A DNA stretch of 23,725 nt from Ginkgo biloba (lineage: Eukaryota > Plantae > Ginkgophyta): positions 18,257,182-18,280,906 of the forward strand of contig JANKJI020000002.1 of NCBI GenBank assembly GCA_024626585.2. Reading direction: 5' to 3'. How positions within the stretch are numbered: the first letter of the stretch is position 1; each line of letters begins with the position of its first letter. Below the pieces are notes generated by a model. That model worked only from the letters and a program-made list of their open reading frames with translations. It was not told the origin of the DNA and did not search any database. Below are positions 22,052 to 23,725 of this stretch, piece by piece. A program made the position numbers and the translations under genes.

Positions 22052-23365
22052 AATTTCCTTTTGAAAAATGGAGAACATATTTTGGTGGTCCTATATAACC
22101 ACTAATAAGTAAGAGTTGGGATAAGTACATCATTTTAGTTATTAATTATATAATAATTTGGGTTGAAGTAAGATATATAAGAGATAATAGTTCTATAACC
22201 ACAATAATTTTCTTATATAAATGTGTTCTAATCAGATTTGGTTATCATATGGAGTTGGTAAGTGATAAAAATATGATNNNNNNNNNNNNNNNNNNNNNNN
22301 NNNTATGATTTAGCATAGAAAGAGCACTTTTTATTATCCAAGATGTGATGTATTAGTAGAGTCTTCAAATAAGATAATTTGTAATATGCTTCCAAATAAT
22401 TATGATGCTATAATTAATAACTAGGTTAGTAAATTACATGTACTTTGGACCTTTAGAACAACATATAAGTAGGCTACCAGTTAGACAACATTTTAGTTAG
22501 TATATAGGCAAGAGGTAGTGTNNNNNNNNNNNNNNNNNNNNNNNNNNNNNNNNNNNNNNNNNNNNNNNNNNNTGATAAGTATTTACAAGAATGGATTATA
22601 TAGTTGAATGAACTGGAGGAAAAGAGAGATATGGATTTGTCGCATCAATAAGTGATACAAGAAATAATGAAAAATTTATGTGATATAAATATCAAAGGAA
22701 TGATAATTCATGCTAGGGATTTGGTATTTTTATATGATAGTAATATATAAGTATAAAGGGAAAGATAAATACAAGATGGCTTGGGTCATATGTACTTAGT
22801 AATCTCTATGAAAATGGATAGATAAACTTATCTAACTTAATAGGTGAAATAGTGATAGGGTGAGTTAATGGTGCCTATCTAAAGTTATGCATAGAATGAG
22901 AGTTCAAGGGAAATAAATATATAATTGTGTATAGTTAGACTTTAAATAAGTTATAATAAAAAGTAAAAAAAATGATATTAAGAAGTCATTGTGGAAAAGA
23001 TGTGTGGAATTACACAAGATAGAAAGAATCAAATAATTCTGCAAGTAGTAGCAACTAGGCAACAAGTAAAAATGAACTCAAAATAATATGAAGTTTTAAA
23101 GGAAGGAAATATGTATAATAAGACAACTTTATAACAAATGGAATTATTTTAAGTAAAATAATCATCAGAAAAGATAAAAGGATAAGAAGACTTAGATCTA
23201 GTTGAATTCAATGGATTTTAGGTAAGGAAGGAAGTTCACTAAGAAGAGTCAAGTCTCCATATAATGAAAAAAAACAATATTAAACTAATATTATTACAAA
23301 TATACATGGTATAGAAATAAAGGTGAATGAAGGAAAATATAAGTTGCATGAGTTTTTTAAGTATC
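22052..23365 (+). mobile_element. Second related Ty3/gypsy integrase remnant with C-terminal GPY/F region and a downstream decayed extra ORF
   Basis: FPFEKWRTYFGGPI...KYIILVINYIIIWVEVR...FLYKCVLIRFGYHMELVSDK...YYPRCD...GDLVFLYDS...RWLGSYVL...VNGAYLKL (to about 22890). A further stop-broken coding-like frame follows (...TNIHGIEIKVNE...). Confidence 0.82.
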
Positions 23366-23367
23366 CA

Positions 23368-23725
23368 TACTTGAGAAATATGTAGTGACTTGCAGTTAAA
23401 ATGGAGTGGGACTCCTATAGTATCTTATCCTTTAGGTGAGACTGGGGCAGGAGGTATATTCTTCCCCTATACCATAGACTATTATATTTCTAAGAGAATT
23501 TTTTTGAAGTATCATATCCTTCCTGTAGCTTTTCAATATTATTTTGGATGCTTATATCGCATTGCCACTCAACCCTTATTTCTTCTAACTAAGAAGGTAT
23601 AATTGTGGATATTGCACACAAAAAATTTGGAGGTTCTTCTCTCCTCTAGAGTACATTAGTAGCTATGATGTCTTTCCCATTTTTATAGATGATCTCAAAA
23701 TCGTACCCTTGCATTTTTTTTACCC
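23368..23725 (-). mobile_element. Ty3/gypsy chromovirus-type RNase H C-terminus and integrase zinc-binding region
   Basis: Minus strand: VKKMQGYDFEIIYKNGKDIIATNVL*RRE...LWYRGRIYLLPQSHLKDKIL*ESHSILTASHYIFLK, matching the consensus GYDFEI.YK.GK.N.VADALSR...H....GH.G..KT. It continues beyond the window end. Confidence 0.88.

Noticed and set aside
23390-23602. 70-aa plus-strand ORF
   Set aside because: It is the antisense of the minus-strand chromovirus RH-INT remnant.
1-23725. Biosynthetic gene cluster or a new multi-gene system around the CSL gene
   Set aside because: No other intact host gene (P450, terpene cyclase, UGT, etc.) is in the window. The Sec61-alpha piece is dead and functionally unrelated.

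Overview
AT-rich, heavily gapped (many 100-N placeholder gaps) window of a large land-plant nuclear genome, probably non-angiosperm (inference). One host gene looks intact: a minus-strand, multi-exon cellulose synthase-like gene (GT2, CslB/H-type motifs) at about 12449-15536. Its first exon is not visible, and its DxD exon, QxxRW motif and 3' end fall in or beyond gaps. The rest is decayed retroelement sequence: a Tat-type Ty3/gypsy element (LTR-PBS-gag-PR-aRH-RT, minus strand), an L1 LINE ORF1, further Ty3/gypsy RT, RH, INT and gag pieces, probable Copia remnants, and an intronless, stop-riddled Sec61-alpha fragment sitting next to or inside a retroelement accessory ORF. I see no convincing new biological system. 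The best leads are the divergent CslB/H-like enzyme (altered motifs, GC-AG intron) and the apparently captured Sec61-alpha fragment.
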